Shown: one piece after another, positions 12,577 through 25,054 of the stretch | Numbering within the stretch: position 1 is the stretch's first letter | Layout: each line of letters starts with the position of its first letter | DNA from: Chiloscyllium plagiosum | Taxonomy: Eukaryota | Assembly (NCBI RefSeq): GCF_004010195.1 | Contig: NC_057719.1 | Coordinates: forward strand, 21,536,810 to 21,600,809 | Direction: 5' to 3' | Length of the DNA: 64,000 bases | Notes under the pieces: model-generated | Told to the model about the DNA's origin: nothing | Database searches by the model: none | What the model saw: only the letters and a program-made list of their open reading frames with translations | Translations under genes and position numbers: made by a program

Positions 12577-13234
12577 CTCTCAAATATTAGCCCCTTGCCC
12601 AGTTAGAAATACAGTTTTCCCAGTTTACAGTTGACAGGCAAAGGACGTGATATTCTCAGCATTACACTGATGTACTATATAGTCTTCACACATGTTAAAT
12701 CAAATATCAACTCAGTATTATCAGAGAATCAACATGTTCGCAACTTGTGCAAAAATAATGAATTGGTATAGGTTGATGTATTGATCAAAACTAGGATTGA
12801 AAGGAAGACATGCTATGTGATATGTATACAAATGGCAACACCTAACTTAATAACACACAAGAGATACTATTCCCCATGTCCTGATATTGCTCATGACTAG
12901 AATGAAGTACAAAAAAATGTCATCACATTAAGGATGTAATAAGGAAAGCTTAATCACTCTCACGCTTTGTTTAGTCTTTCCCCTCTTTCTTTCTAGAATG
13001 CATTTTGAGCAGGATCACAAGACAACTTAAAATAGTTCATCGAAACACAAGTGCACCTTATTGCTTTTTGCTTTTTGCAACATTAGCTGCCAGTTCTCAT
13101 GAGAAACACTAGAGGGAACTCCTGCTACTGTACTATACCATGATAACACTGCCACTGCTGGTGAGCTCAAGATGCTCCTTAAAAGTTGTCACTGGACAGC
13201 CAGTCTCATATTTAAGCATTAATTTTCTCCAAAA

Positions 13235-13545
13235 TAGATTAGATTACTTACAGTGTGGAAACAGGCCCTTCGGCCCAACAAGTCCACACCGACCCGCCGA
13301 AGCGCAACCCACCCATACCCCTACATTTACCCCTTACCTAACACTACGGGCAATTTAGCGTGGCCAATTCACCTGACCTGCACATCTTTGGACTGTGGGA
13401 GGAAACCGGAGCACCTGGAGGAAACCCACGCAGACACGGGGAGAACGTGCAAACTCCACACAGTTAGTCGCCTGAGGCGGGAATTGAACCCGGATCTCTG
13501 GCGCTGCGAGGCAGCAGTGCTAACCACTGTGCCACCGTGCTACCC
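13235..13545 (-). mobile_element. HE1-like V-SINE (young, CpGs retained)
   Basis: Full head, V-domain and tail. Confidence 0.92.
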
Positions 13546-13957
13546 ACAAAAAATAAATGAGGTAAAAATGACTGACCTAAAGGATGATGGAGATTTGGAC
13601 AAGTCATGATTTTCCTACTTGCATTCCCAGTCACAGATATTGCTGTAAAGTGACGGAAGTGTGGTTTCAGTGGTAGATATCAGCCAGTCATTATAGTCAT
13701 ATATTAAAGTATGTTATATTATTTCTGCTACTGTTTGACCAATCCCGACATTAAGCAAGCCCGTTTAATACAAAGGATGAAAATGATTGAATGATAGCAC
13801 AGGCAGGAACGACATTTACAATTAAGTCCTCAGTAACTTACACTTACAGGTCTGTCTACAAATCTGATAAGTGAAGCTTTCTGCTTTATTCATAGCACAT
13901 TCTGTCAGACTTCTCCCTACTCAAACAGGGAAAGAAATAGAGTTATAGACAGAGAAA

Positions 13958-14415
13958 GAGAAAAAGACTTGCATTTTATACAACTTTCACAATCATTAGA
14001 CATTTAAGAGTGCTTCAAAGGCATTGAAGTACATTAGGAAGTGTAGTTTTTGTTGCAGGATGAATGATAGACATTTTGCGCTTAACGAATTTTCATGAAC
14101 TACTATCTGATAATAACCAGATAATCAACTTTTTGGGATGTTGTTTGGAAAATATTGGGCAAGGATAACTCACAAACTTTTCTTCAAAACAGTGCTCTAG
14201 ATGTTTTACATTCCTTTAACCTGGCACCATGGAATGGAGGTTTTGGAAGCATAATTGAGATGGCTTAACATCTCATCTGGAAGGCAGTCCATATGCCAGT
14301 GCAACACTGCCCTCAATACGACATCGGATTGTTAACTGAATTTTTTGTTCTTCAATGCAAGAGTGGCACTGAGCTTAGAGACTAGAAGATAAGAGTGTTA
14401 CCAAATGAGCCAACC
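13958..14415 (-). mobile_element. Deu-domain SINE (SacSINE1/AmnSINE1-related), old
   Basis: Minus strand CAGATGAGATGTTAAGCC...TTTTGAAGAA...GATTATCTGGTTATTATC...AATGCAAGTCTTT. Confidence 0.7.
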
Positions 14416-14981
14416 ATTGACACTGATAATGGTAGAGAGACATAAAAGAATCAAGACAATAGGGAACACATCAGAATTTATTTTCCAATTAGGTGAGAAA
14501 ACAAGAGACTATCATGGAACAAATAGATGCTTTTAAAGTTTGTTTGCCAGTTTTCTTCAAAGTGTTCATTTAATGTATTTATAAACCATGATGTTTTATT
14601 TTTAAGTTATCTTATTCAATACATTTCAAACGCAAATGTTTGTTTTAACTAAAATTTAATCAGCACTTTTCCAGTAAGATGGAGCAGTGTTGCACACAAT
14701 TCAATAGCCCAGAATAATGCCTGCTGTTGCTATGGAAAGGGGATCTTGCCATGGTATTTTGCAGACTCACAACATGTGCCATCACACTTGCTGTGAGTCA
14801 AATTTTGTTGTGTTAAATTAACTGCAATGGTACATTAAGTAAACACAGACATTAGATGATGTTAGAAAATTTTGCTGTTTTAAAGTGCACTTTAGTGAAA
14901 TGACCATATGTGTGCTAAATTGAATGATATTGTGAACAAAAATCAATTGGAAATTACAAGTCTGAAATCGTATTGTGATAT

Positions 14982-15277
14982 GGGCAGCACAGTGGTTAGC
15001 ACTGCTGCCTCACAGCGCCAGAGACCTGGGTTCAATTCCCGCCTCAGGCAACTGTCTGTGTGGAGTTTGCACATTCTCCCCGTATCTGCGTGGGTTTCCT
15101 CTGGGTGTTCTGGTTTCCTCCCACAGTCCAAAAATGTGCAGGTTAGGTGAATTGGCCATGCTAAATAGCCCGCAGTGTTAGGTGAAGGGGTAAATATAGG
15201 GACATGGGTGGGTTTCTCGTCGGTGTGGACTTGTTGGGCCGAAGGGCCTGTTTCCACACTGTAAGTAATCTAATCTA
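14982..15277 (+). mobile_element. HE1-like V-SINE
   Basis: GTGGTTAGCACTGCTGCCTCACAGCGCCAGAGACCTGGGTTCAATTCCC head, V-domain, tail. Confidence 0.92.
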
Positions 15278-17242
15278 TCAGCAGGTTAATACTTCTCATA
15301 CTTACATGATATCTTCACAGTTGCTATTGCTTTTTTAAAAGAAAGGCTAAAAGGACTCTGCTAAAAAGGTGACTGAAGAAATGTTCTGATAACTATTATA
15401 GTAGATATATAACTATTAATATCGACAATGATAACTTGTACGTTCATGTTCTCATACTCTCATTCATAGTTTAGGATGAATAAAAAGCAGCAGTTAACTC
15501 TAAACTATGATTTGTGACCATGATAATTACCCAAGTAGATCATATCTTTGCTCTTGCATGTATTGTTTTTCAAATCACATGCTCACTGAGTTAAAATATG
15601 CGCAAAAATTAGGTCCCTGCTCTGTAAAGCTTGAAAATGGCACATATATACTTCTCACCGTGGATACTGAATGATTTATAGAGACAGGAAGCATATTCTT
15701 CTGTCCATTTGTGCAAAGTGCAGGCAAACGATTTTGCAAGTCATAAATAATGCTGAGGTGAAGCAACCATTGAGCAGACCAGGCCCTAATCTTTCAAGAA
15801 GCAACGTGAGTGGAAGGGCAGGATCTTTCACAGCAGGTGCTAATTGAAGTGATCCATATCCACCTGAGACGGGAACAGCAAAACGTGTAGCAAACAAACA
15901 GTGCTCTTAGCCTGCACTTTTGACTCCAGCATGAATCAAGCATTGATTTCCCTCAGCTGTAACCAGCCAAATCACTCAATGATGAAGGCGACAAACAATG
16001 CTGGTATCTTTTTTGAGTTAATTGGCTTCAGAAAGTCAGAGAGAAATGGCTTTATTTTTGACATGGGCTTTCAACCTGTTGAGAACGCTGAGCAGTGTAC
16101 CGGAGGTGGGGGATGTGTGCTAATAAATAGTTTACTGCTGGTCAAGGTTAATGATGGAAAATCGACCACTCTCCTGCTTTGAACACATAGAATGTCCATC
16201 AGCACACTCATAGGTCAGGTGCAGCCTAGTTCATTGAAGACAGAGTTTAGACATCTCAATTCGGATGTGAACTTTAAAATGCCTGAAATAGAAACTGCAC
16301 TGCAGAGAAAAGTGATTAGCTACATGGGAGATCTCATTGGTGCTGCTCTGAGGTTAATTGGAAATTGGACATTTACTCAAAGATTGAGACCTCTTGACTA
16401 AAAAGATGTAGTATGCTTTAAATTCTGAATCAAGACTGCGGATTTCTTTTGATGATGATCTCTGTTTCGAGATCACAGAGCATATTTATCACAGTTGCGA
16501 TGTCATATTTATAAGTAAGTACGTAAATAGGGAAAGAAGATCAGCAATTCTTTTGTGTTTCTCTTCTTGGAGAGGGTGGGGAATCAGGAAATTTACAATT
16601 AGCTGTCAATCAAGTTGAGAATAGCAATTAAATTGACTTCAGTTTGCGTTAAACCTACAACCTGTGCAGCTAACAAGAAAGACAGCCTGTGGACTTGAAG
16701 AAGCATGCCCTATCTCACACAGCGCTATGTTAGAATAACACATTGTGATGTTAATAATATGTATGCCATTGTCAGAATTGTTATCATACCCCATGAGCCT
16801 GTATATGAAAGGCTGATTGTACACAATATTTCAAGGCTATTTCATTTACTTCGGCTACAAATGTTCTGCGAGAGTCTACTGGAAATAACTGAACCATAGC
16901 ATTGTGTGTCAGCAGCCAGTAACAGGCTCAAGCCACGTCCTGAATGTGCTCAAATTCTGAGCACGTGTTGGCATGGATGGCATCTGGGCAGGATGAAAGT
17001 GGGCTTTTACATGGGATTTGCTGAAGCCTGAGAGGAAGGGCAAAGGCTAAAATTATCTTTATCACCCCAAAGCAGCTTCCCCTTCTGTATCCTTACCCAC
17101 ATGCGCACTATCTAGCTGATATGATGCTCACATTGTCTCCAGCCACATTATTTTAAAGCACTCAGTAGCTTGAGTTGGGAATAAGGATTGCCCTAGATTA
17201 TAGTTTGCACACAAGATCCCAGTTTCTGAGAACTTCCAGGAG

Positions 17243-17570
17243 GTGCAGCATGGTAGATCAGTGGTTAGCACTGTTACCTCACAGCAGCAGGAACCTCGAT
17301 TCAATTCCATTCAGTCTGTGTGGAGTTTGCACATTTGCCCTGTGTCTGCATGGGTTTCATCTGGTGCTCCAGTTTCCTTCCACAGTCCAAAGATGTGCAG
17401 GTTAGGTGGATTGGCCATGCTAAATTGTCTCATAATGTACAGGGATGTATATGTTAAGTTGTAGGCCAAGGTGGCAGGGTGGATCTGGGGCAGGCTGCTC
17501 TTTGGAAGGTTGGTGTGGACTCAGTGGACCATATGGCCTATTTCTGCACTGTGGGGATTTTATGATTCTT
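17243..17570 (+). mobile_element. HE1-like V-SINE (diverged)
   Basis: Head and V-domain recognisable. Confidence 0.85.
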
Positions 17571-18599
17571 CTAGGAATTGTTTTGTTGCGTGCCCTTGAG
17601 GCTCTGCGCTTTATTTTACAGGGATTGAGATGCACTAAAACAATCCACGGGGCCACCATGGATTATTGACAAGGATGTTCACTGTATGCACTCCAGATTG
17701 TCCCTGCGCTCTCTCATGGGAGATCCACAGCTTACATTTATATTTAAATTATTCAGGAAGAGGAGAAAATGGTCCAAACATTCAGCCAATTCATTCATGC
17801 CATTAAATCACATCCATTGACTTATCCACAATCCCTCTCACTTAATACAATTACTTCACAAAATCAATCTTAATATAATTTTCACGATTATAATCTTCAT
17901 TTGCCCCCAGCATCTATAGTTTTATTGTGGCATGGAGACTGCATTGTTTCACTCTGGGTGAACAATTTCCAGATTTCCATAGCGAATTGTGTGAAAAAGT
18001 GTTTCCAGATTTACTTCATGTTTGGGCTGTCTCTAATTTTAACATTGTGTCCTTTTCTTCTGGACTTCCTCACAAGACTGAATTGTTTCTTTATTTCCCC
18101 CAACTTGGCTCTTTCTCATTACAACGCCTTCAATTAAATCAACCATACAAACCCAAGGCAATCCAAGCCAGTTTTCTACATAATGTTCTCGTCATTTAAC
18201 TCTTTAAACAACTGGTAGAATTCTTATGAATCTGTATTGTATGTCTTCAAGTTCGATATGCCTTTCCTGAGATTCACTGATCAAAACTGAATACACTACC
18301 AAGAAATGTCTACCCCAAGCTCTGTATAACTAGATCATATCTTCTTGCTCCTTGTGTTCTTCTTTCCTTGAGATATAAACCAAGGCAGCATCTTAAATGA
18401 CCAAAGGGAAGTTAAGAATTGCAAGACATGTGGCAGAATTGGATGAGAAGTCAGGTAAAGCCCATCTTGACACCAAAAACAACTCACTCCATCTTTTACA
18501 CTCCTTACATGAAATGAGGTGGACCACAGTTGCCATTGCCTCCAATATTCCGATAATGCTCCTGTTCCTCACGACTTACAAAGTTGGAGTCCCTGATTG

Positions 18600-19965
18600 T
18601 TGACACTATTCATCTTTTGCCTGAGGCTGAGAGCTGCCTGGACTCCAGTAGTTTACTGAGTGCCAGGGGGCTGGACTGTTTCTTGCTTGGCTAGCTGCAG
18701 AGCTGATGCAGTAAGGTGCTCACCAGATTGTTCCCATTGAGGTGTCAGTATCTGAGCTGATGGGGAGAAAAAGGCAACCTTGCTAATGCTTCTTCTGGGG
18801 TCTCAGTTCTCTCCTCTTCAGAGATTGAGCAGGTAGCTTTTGGGGGAAGAATTGACCTTTCAATGCAGTAGATGCCGGCAGTAGTTGCAAGAGAAAAGGG
18901 AGAGAAGGCATTATGACCAATAGTTCGAAGTGACGTGCAAGCGAGTGACAATGACAGTGGAGTTGTTGCAACATTTCCTGTGCAATAAAGAGTTGTACTT
19001 ACTCAGTTAACAAAGATGATATCTAGGCATCCTTTGTCTTCCTCTGCAAGGATCGAGATTCTCTCTTTATAGAGGGGAGGAGCATAATGTCTAACATCCC
19101 TATACCTGTCCAGCTTCTCTCAGCCCTCTGGTAGGTTGTCTTCTTCTGCGATGAGAGAAAAGGATGAATTGAGTGAGATTCAATTGGGTGTTCCAACTGT
19201 CAGGTGGGAAAAAGGTGGTGAGGTGTCCTGGGCACATGAGTGGACTATGCAGAGGGCATGCAGGGTTAATATTGTGGGAGGTTGGGGAAAGTAAGAGCAT
19301 AGGAAAGCAAATGCTGTAGTCAATAATGAAAGCAGGAGTTGTTGTAGGAGCAAAAATAGTAAGAATAAGACAGAAGATTAAAGAGTGTGACATTTATCCT
19401 GGTGAAGTCTTTTCCCTGGGGTCAGGGAGTCCAGAACTAGACGGCATAGGTTTAGGGTGAGCGGGGAAAGATATAAAAGAGACCTAAGGGGCAACCCTTT
19501 CACACAGAGGATGGTATGTGTATGGCATGAGCTGCTAGAGGAAGTAGTGGATGGTATGTGTATGGCATGAGCTGCTAGAGGAAGTAGTGGATGCTAGTAC
19601 AATTGCAACATTTAAAAGACATTTGGATGGATATCTGAATAGGAAGGGTTTGGAGGGATATGGACTGGGTGCTGGCAGGTGGGATTAGATTGGGTTGGGA
19701 ATCTGGTCAGCATGGACGGGTTGGACCGACGAGTCTGTTTCCATGCTGCACATCTCTATGACTGTATGACTCTAAGATAATTGATCTTCTTATGCCTCTG
19801 CAGTCTGTTTCTCTGGCCCATCAGGATGGTTTCCAACAAGATTGCCAGTGTCTAGTGGCATGACCTTCTCTGCTAGTCCTTCGGAGAAGAGGACAGCTGT
19901 CATTTGTCCATCTCCCCCCTCGACCAAGATATCGCTGTTGGTGAATCAAGGTTCCATTTTTACCA
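18600..19965 (-). pseudogene. Decayed spliced Myb/SANT-like gene of a PIF/Harbinger transposon
   Basis: Exon 1-like KMEP*FTNSDILVEG..AVLF..RHKKINYL (~19965-19776); exon 2 19145-19003 with acceptor TTTTCTCTCATCGCAG and donor GTAAGT, reading KKTTYQRAERSWTG..(fs)..KERISILAEED; stops and frameshifts. Confidence 0.5.
19403..19775 (+). mobile_element. CR1 3' fragment with an internal 40-bp tandem duplication
   Basis: Homologous to 1-290; 19511-19550 repeated at 19551-19590. Confidence 0.9.
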
Positions 19966-20424
19966 TCTCTGATTTCTTCTGGAAACATCCTTGACCGAAC
20001 CTGTGCAGCTATGGAATTCCAAAGCCTGTCTGAGTGCCTTTTATACAGGACTTAGGCACAGGGATATTGGTCTTTCTGCAATTATCCGCTGAGTGGCAAA
20101 TAGTTGTGGGAATAATATATGGAGAGATGGGACTGAAATCGGATGTTAGGGGTGTCCTAGTGGTGAAGTAAGCAGCTCATGAGGCAAGTGAGATTTGGCC
20201 AATGGTCACCATTAGTGATTCTAACTTTTGATCCCAGGTTTTAAAAGTATGATAACTTGTCTTTAAAGTCTATGAGATAACACAATGGGACTTGAATCCT
20301 TTTTCACCAAATATTTATTCTGAACCACTAGCTCTGTGATATGACCACTACAACACGATCTCTCTTTCATTTCGATATCTAAAGAGCATTAGAATATTAT
20401 GACTCATATGAATCGAGACAAACA

Positions 20425-20628
20425 AAAATGAAAGAACTGCGGATACTGGAAATCTGAAACAGAAACAGAAATTTCTGGAAAAGTTTAGCAGGTCTGGCAG
20501 CATCTTTGGAGAGACATCAGAGTTAACATTTTGAGTAAGGGTCAATGAACCTGAAATGTTAACTCTAATTTCTCTCCACAGATGCTGCCAGATCTGCTGA
20601 GATTTTCCAGCAACTTCTGTTTTTGTTT
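20425..20628. mobile_element. Old PLE-type hairpin mini-element
   Basis: Imperfect palindrome centred ~20535; shares AGCAGGTCTGGCAGCATC and the tail motif with other pLTRs. Confidence 0.65.
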
Positions 20629-20744
20629 TATATAAATTCTTGGGGTAAAAACCATTAAGTCCCAATGATTGTTCCATAATAAGTTCCATTATTTTCTTTA
20701 TTACAATTTTTGCTAATTTTAAATAAATTCAGGACATGACTTGC

Positions 20745-22808
20745 AGTGATCAATAAAAGTAAGTGTACCAAATGCTTTCTTCATTACCCTGACTACCTGT
20801 GACTACACCTTCAACGTGAATCTGTACCCCAAGGTCTCTTTGTTCGGCAACATTCCCTACGATCTTGCCATTAACTGTATAAGCGCTGTCCTGATTTGCC
20901 TCCTCAAAATGCAAGACCTCACATTTATTGAAATTAAAGTCCATTTGCCACCCCATCTGATTTAGGTCTCATCATATTCTGAGATAAACTTCTTGACTGT
21001 CCACTACACCACCAATTGTGGTATCATCTGCAAACTTACCAACCATTCCTCCTTTCTTCACATCCAAATCATTTACATAAATGATAAAAAGCAGTGGACA
21101 TAGCACCAATCCTTGTGGCATTCTGCTGATCACCGGCCTCCAGTCCAAAAAGTAAACCTCCATCACGCCCTTTGTGTGCCAAGTGACATTTGTGGAAGTG
21201 CAGGTGAAACATTGATGGATGTGGCAGGCTCCTGTGGGGCCTTGGATGGAGGTGTGGATGCAGGTTTTGCAATTCCTATGGTGGCAGAGGAAGGTACCAG
21301 GACGGGAGGATGGATTGTTAGGGGCGTGGACCTGACCAGGTAGTCACAGAGGGAGCAGTCTTTGCGGAAAATGGATAGGGGTGGGGAGGAAAATATATCC
21401 CTGATGGTGGGGTCTGTTTGTCGCGGAAATGTTGGCGGACGATGCGTTTATGCAGAGGTTGGGGTAGATGGTGAGGACCAGGGGGATTCTGTCCTTCAAA
21501 GTTTCATCTGTACTTCCACAAATGTCACTAATTGCATCCCTTGCTACCGATGTGGTTTCCTTTACATTGGAGAGACTGGACGACTTCTCACAGAGCACTT
21601 CAGAGAACATCTCCATGAGACCTGCACCAATCAACCCCACCGCCTCGTGGTTGAACATTTCAACTCCCCCTCCCACTCTGCTGAGGACATGCAGGTCCTG
21701 GGCTTCCTCCATCGCCACTCTCTCACCATCCGATGCCTGGAGGAAGAACGCCTCACCTTCCGCCTCTGAACACTTCAAACGCAGGGCATCAATACTCCAA
21801 CAGTTTCCTCATTTCCCCTCCCCCCACCTCACCCCAGTTCTAAACTTCCAGCTCAGCACCATCCTTATGACCTATCCCACTTGTCAATCTTCCTTTCCAC
21901 CTATCGGCTCCACCTATCACCTTTACCCCTTCCTCCATCCACCTATTGCACTCCCAGCTACCTTCTCCCCAGCCCCATTTATCTCTCCATTTATCTCTCA
22001 ACCCCCGAGGCTTCCAACCTCATTCCTGATGAAGGGCTACTGCCTGAAACATTGATTTTCTTGCTCCTTGGATGCTGCCTGATCTGCTGTGCATTTCAAG
22101 CACCACTCTAATCTTGACTCTAATCTCCAGCATGCAATCTTCACTTTCACCCTGGATTCTATGTATTCTAACCTTGCTAACAAGTCTCCAATGCAGAACC
22201 TTGCCAAATGCCTTGAAGAAGTCCATATAGTTAGGATATCATGTTGCAGCTGTACCAGACATTGGTTAGGCCACGTTTGGAATATCACATTCAATTCTGG
22301 TCTCCATCCCACAGTTGTTGTTAAAGTTGAAAATGTTCAGAAAATATTTGCAAGGATGTTGCCAGTATGGAGGGTTTGATCTATAGGGAGAGGCTGGGGT
22401 TATTTTCCCTGTAGCGTCGGAGGCTGGGGAGTGACATTTAGAGGTTTATAAAATGATGAGGGGCATGAATAAGGTGAATAGCCAAACTCTCTTTCCCAAC
22501 ATAGGGGAGTCCAAAACTAGAGAGCATAGGTTTAAGGTGAGAGGGGAAAGATATAAAAGGGATTTTAGGGGCACTTTTTTCATTGTGTGTGTGTGTGTGA
22601 GAGATGACCTGCCAGAGGAAGTGGTGGCGGCTGGTACAATTACAACATTTAAAAGCATCTGGATGGGTATATGAATAAGGAGGAGGACTTAGAAGGATAT
22701 GGCCCAATTGCTGGCAAATAGGTGCAGATTAATTTAGAATATCTGATTGACATGGACAAGTTGGACCGAAGGGTCTGTTTCAGTGTTGAACATCTCTGTG
22801 ACTCTGTG
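20745..22808. mobile_element. CR1 LINE with inverted 5' part (minus 20745-21168 and 22150-22228; plus 22229-22808)
   Basis: Minus: MDFFKAFGKV, QGLVLCPLLFIIYVND, KFADDT, FNFNKCEVLHF; plus: IMLQLYQTLVRPRLEY through the 3' tail. Confidence 0.85.
21170..22149. mobile_element. Penelope-like element (Neptune-type GIY-YIG), partly inverted, inserted in the CR1
   Basis: CTSTNVTNCIPCYRCGFLYIGETGRLLTEHFREH...HFNSPSH (GIY-YIG with Cys/His motif); family A pLTR with decayed hammerhead ~22022-22057. Confidence 0.88.
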
Positions 22809-24065
22809 AAATCACTACATCTTAGCCTTAGATTCTATTGTGCTGCTCATATTTTGCTGAATTCTGCTATTGTAAAGGCTGATGCTAAGTAAATAATTTA
22901 ACATGTCCCTTATTGGCAATATCCTTGCAGTCTTGCCTGCATTTTATTTTATGGACTGACTTTCTACATTAACAATTTCTTTCCCCTAATTCATTTTTAA
23001 ACTCTATTTGTTAACTTAATATTTATTTCAATTGTTTTCATATTCAAATTTACACCTTTTTATTACTTGGTTGGTATCCCTTTAATGTTTTATAGCTCTC
23101 CCATTGAATTTCACATGTGTTTGCATTTTCCCCAGCTTGATATGTATCTATTGCCTCATGTATTGACTGTGGTTGCTTTACAGTGAGTGGAGCTTTTACC
23201 TTTGAGAGGTATGCATTGGATATAATATAGAAAATACTTCTTGGAGTATTGTCTATGGGTTCACCCATTGGGAGTTCAACCTCATTTACTTGTGTCTAGT
23301 TATTTCTCAAACTCACAGAGTTTGCCATACTAAATGTGAAGTTTTAGTTTGCAACTCTCCCTTCACTGTCTTGAACAATTCCATTGTACTTTATGAGTTC
23401 TACAAAAGATGTTTCTTCCTCCAAAAAGGATACACATCTGCACTCTTTTGGGGTGAATTATTTTGGGCACAGAAATTTAAGAAATTTAGCATACATGCCA
23501 TTGATTGGATACAATGCTGATTTGATGCCATTTTAAAGCATGGTCATCCTGCAAACATCATCTTCTAACCTTCCTTGACTGAAGAAATGATCAGTATCAG
23601 GAAGCCTACCAACAATTTGTGAAAGAATCATCTTTTAGATTATAAAATCTCTCACACTAATTAATGCGATTATCATGAGACTACTCAGACAGAGACCAAG
23701 GTAATGTTCTGAGGTGCTTAGTAAGAATTCCACCATGGCAGGTGGTAGAATTTGATTTCAATAAATATACAGGAATTCAGAGTCTAATGATGATCATGAA
23801 TTTCATGTCTATTGTCAGGAAAAGACCCATCTGGTTCACTAATGTCTTCTGGGGAAGGAGTCCACCATCTTTACGTGCTCTGGCCTACATGTGCTTCCAA
23901 CCCACTGAACTATCATGCCACCCACATAGCAAATCCTACAGTGGCAGCTCACTGTGCCAATACATTTTATCCACATTGGTAGACCAAACTGTAACTGTTG
24001 GGTGATAATACTCATTTACGGCATAGGGCGTAAGCAGCATGCAACCAGACATGTGTACATACAAT

Positions 24066-25054
24066 TGTAGAGTGTGTGGCGCTGGAAAAGCACAGCTGGT
24101 CAGGCAGCATTCAAAGAGCAGGAAAGTCGACGTTTATAGGCATAAGCCCTTCATCAGGAATCAGGCTTGTGGGCCAAGGGGCCNNNNNNNNNNNNNNNNN
24201 NNNNNNNNNNNNNNNNNNNNNNNNNNNNNNNNNNNNNNNNNNNNGGAAAGCAATAGGTAGAGGAGGGGGGGGGGGGGGTGAGAGCGGTAGGTTGGAGCAG
24301 ATAGGTGGGAAATAAGATGGACAGGTAGGACCGTTCAAAAGGGCGGTGCTGAGTTGGAAGGTTGGAACTGGGATAAGATGGGGGGAGGGGAAATGAGGAA
24401 CCTAGCAAAATCCACATTGAACCCGTATGGTTGGAGGGTTCCAACGTGGAAGATGAGGCATTCTTCCTCCAGGCGTTGAGTGGTTAAGATTTGGCTATGG
24501 AGGAGGCCCAGGACCTGCATGTCCTTGGCAGAGTGGGAGGGGGAGTGAAAGTGCTTAGCTACGGGGTGGTGGGGTTGGTTAAAGTGTTCAGCCACAGGAC
24601 TGAAACCCTAACTACCCATTGCCTAGAGGAAGGATGCCTCATCTCTCCACCTTGGGAACCTCTAACCACATGGGATCAATGTGGATTTCACCAGTTTCCC
24701 CATTTCCCCTCCCCCCACCTTATTCCCAACCCCAACCTTCCAATTTGGCACCACCCTCTCGAACGGTTCTACCTGTCCATCCTTCTTCCCAACTATCTGC
24801 TCCAACCTCCCCTCTGACTTATCACTTTCACCCCCACTTTATCTATCTATCACATTCCTAGCTACCTTCGCCCCAGCCCGACCCCTCTCCCATTTATGTC
24901 TCAGCCCCCTTGGCCCACAAGCCTCATTCCTGATGAAGGGCTCATGCCCAAAGCATCGACTCTCCTGCACCTCAGATGGTGCCTGACTGGCTGTGCTTTT
25001 CCACCACCACACTCTTCGACTCTGATCTCCAGTATCTGCCGTCCTCACCTTCTC
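24066..25054. mobile_element. Inverted Penelope-like element (family A)
   Basis: 16-bp TSD CATGTGTACATACAAT (24050-24065, 25055-25070); ~450-bp inverted arms; GIY-YIG C-terminus HFHSPSHSAKDMQVLG; 61-N gap 24184-24244. Confidence 0.9.

Noticed and set aside
11444..12583. 300+ aa ORFs
   Set aside because: Artefacts of translating through the N gap
14982..15050. tRNA-like sequences
   Set aside because: These are SINE heads followed by the V-domain, not tRNA genes
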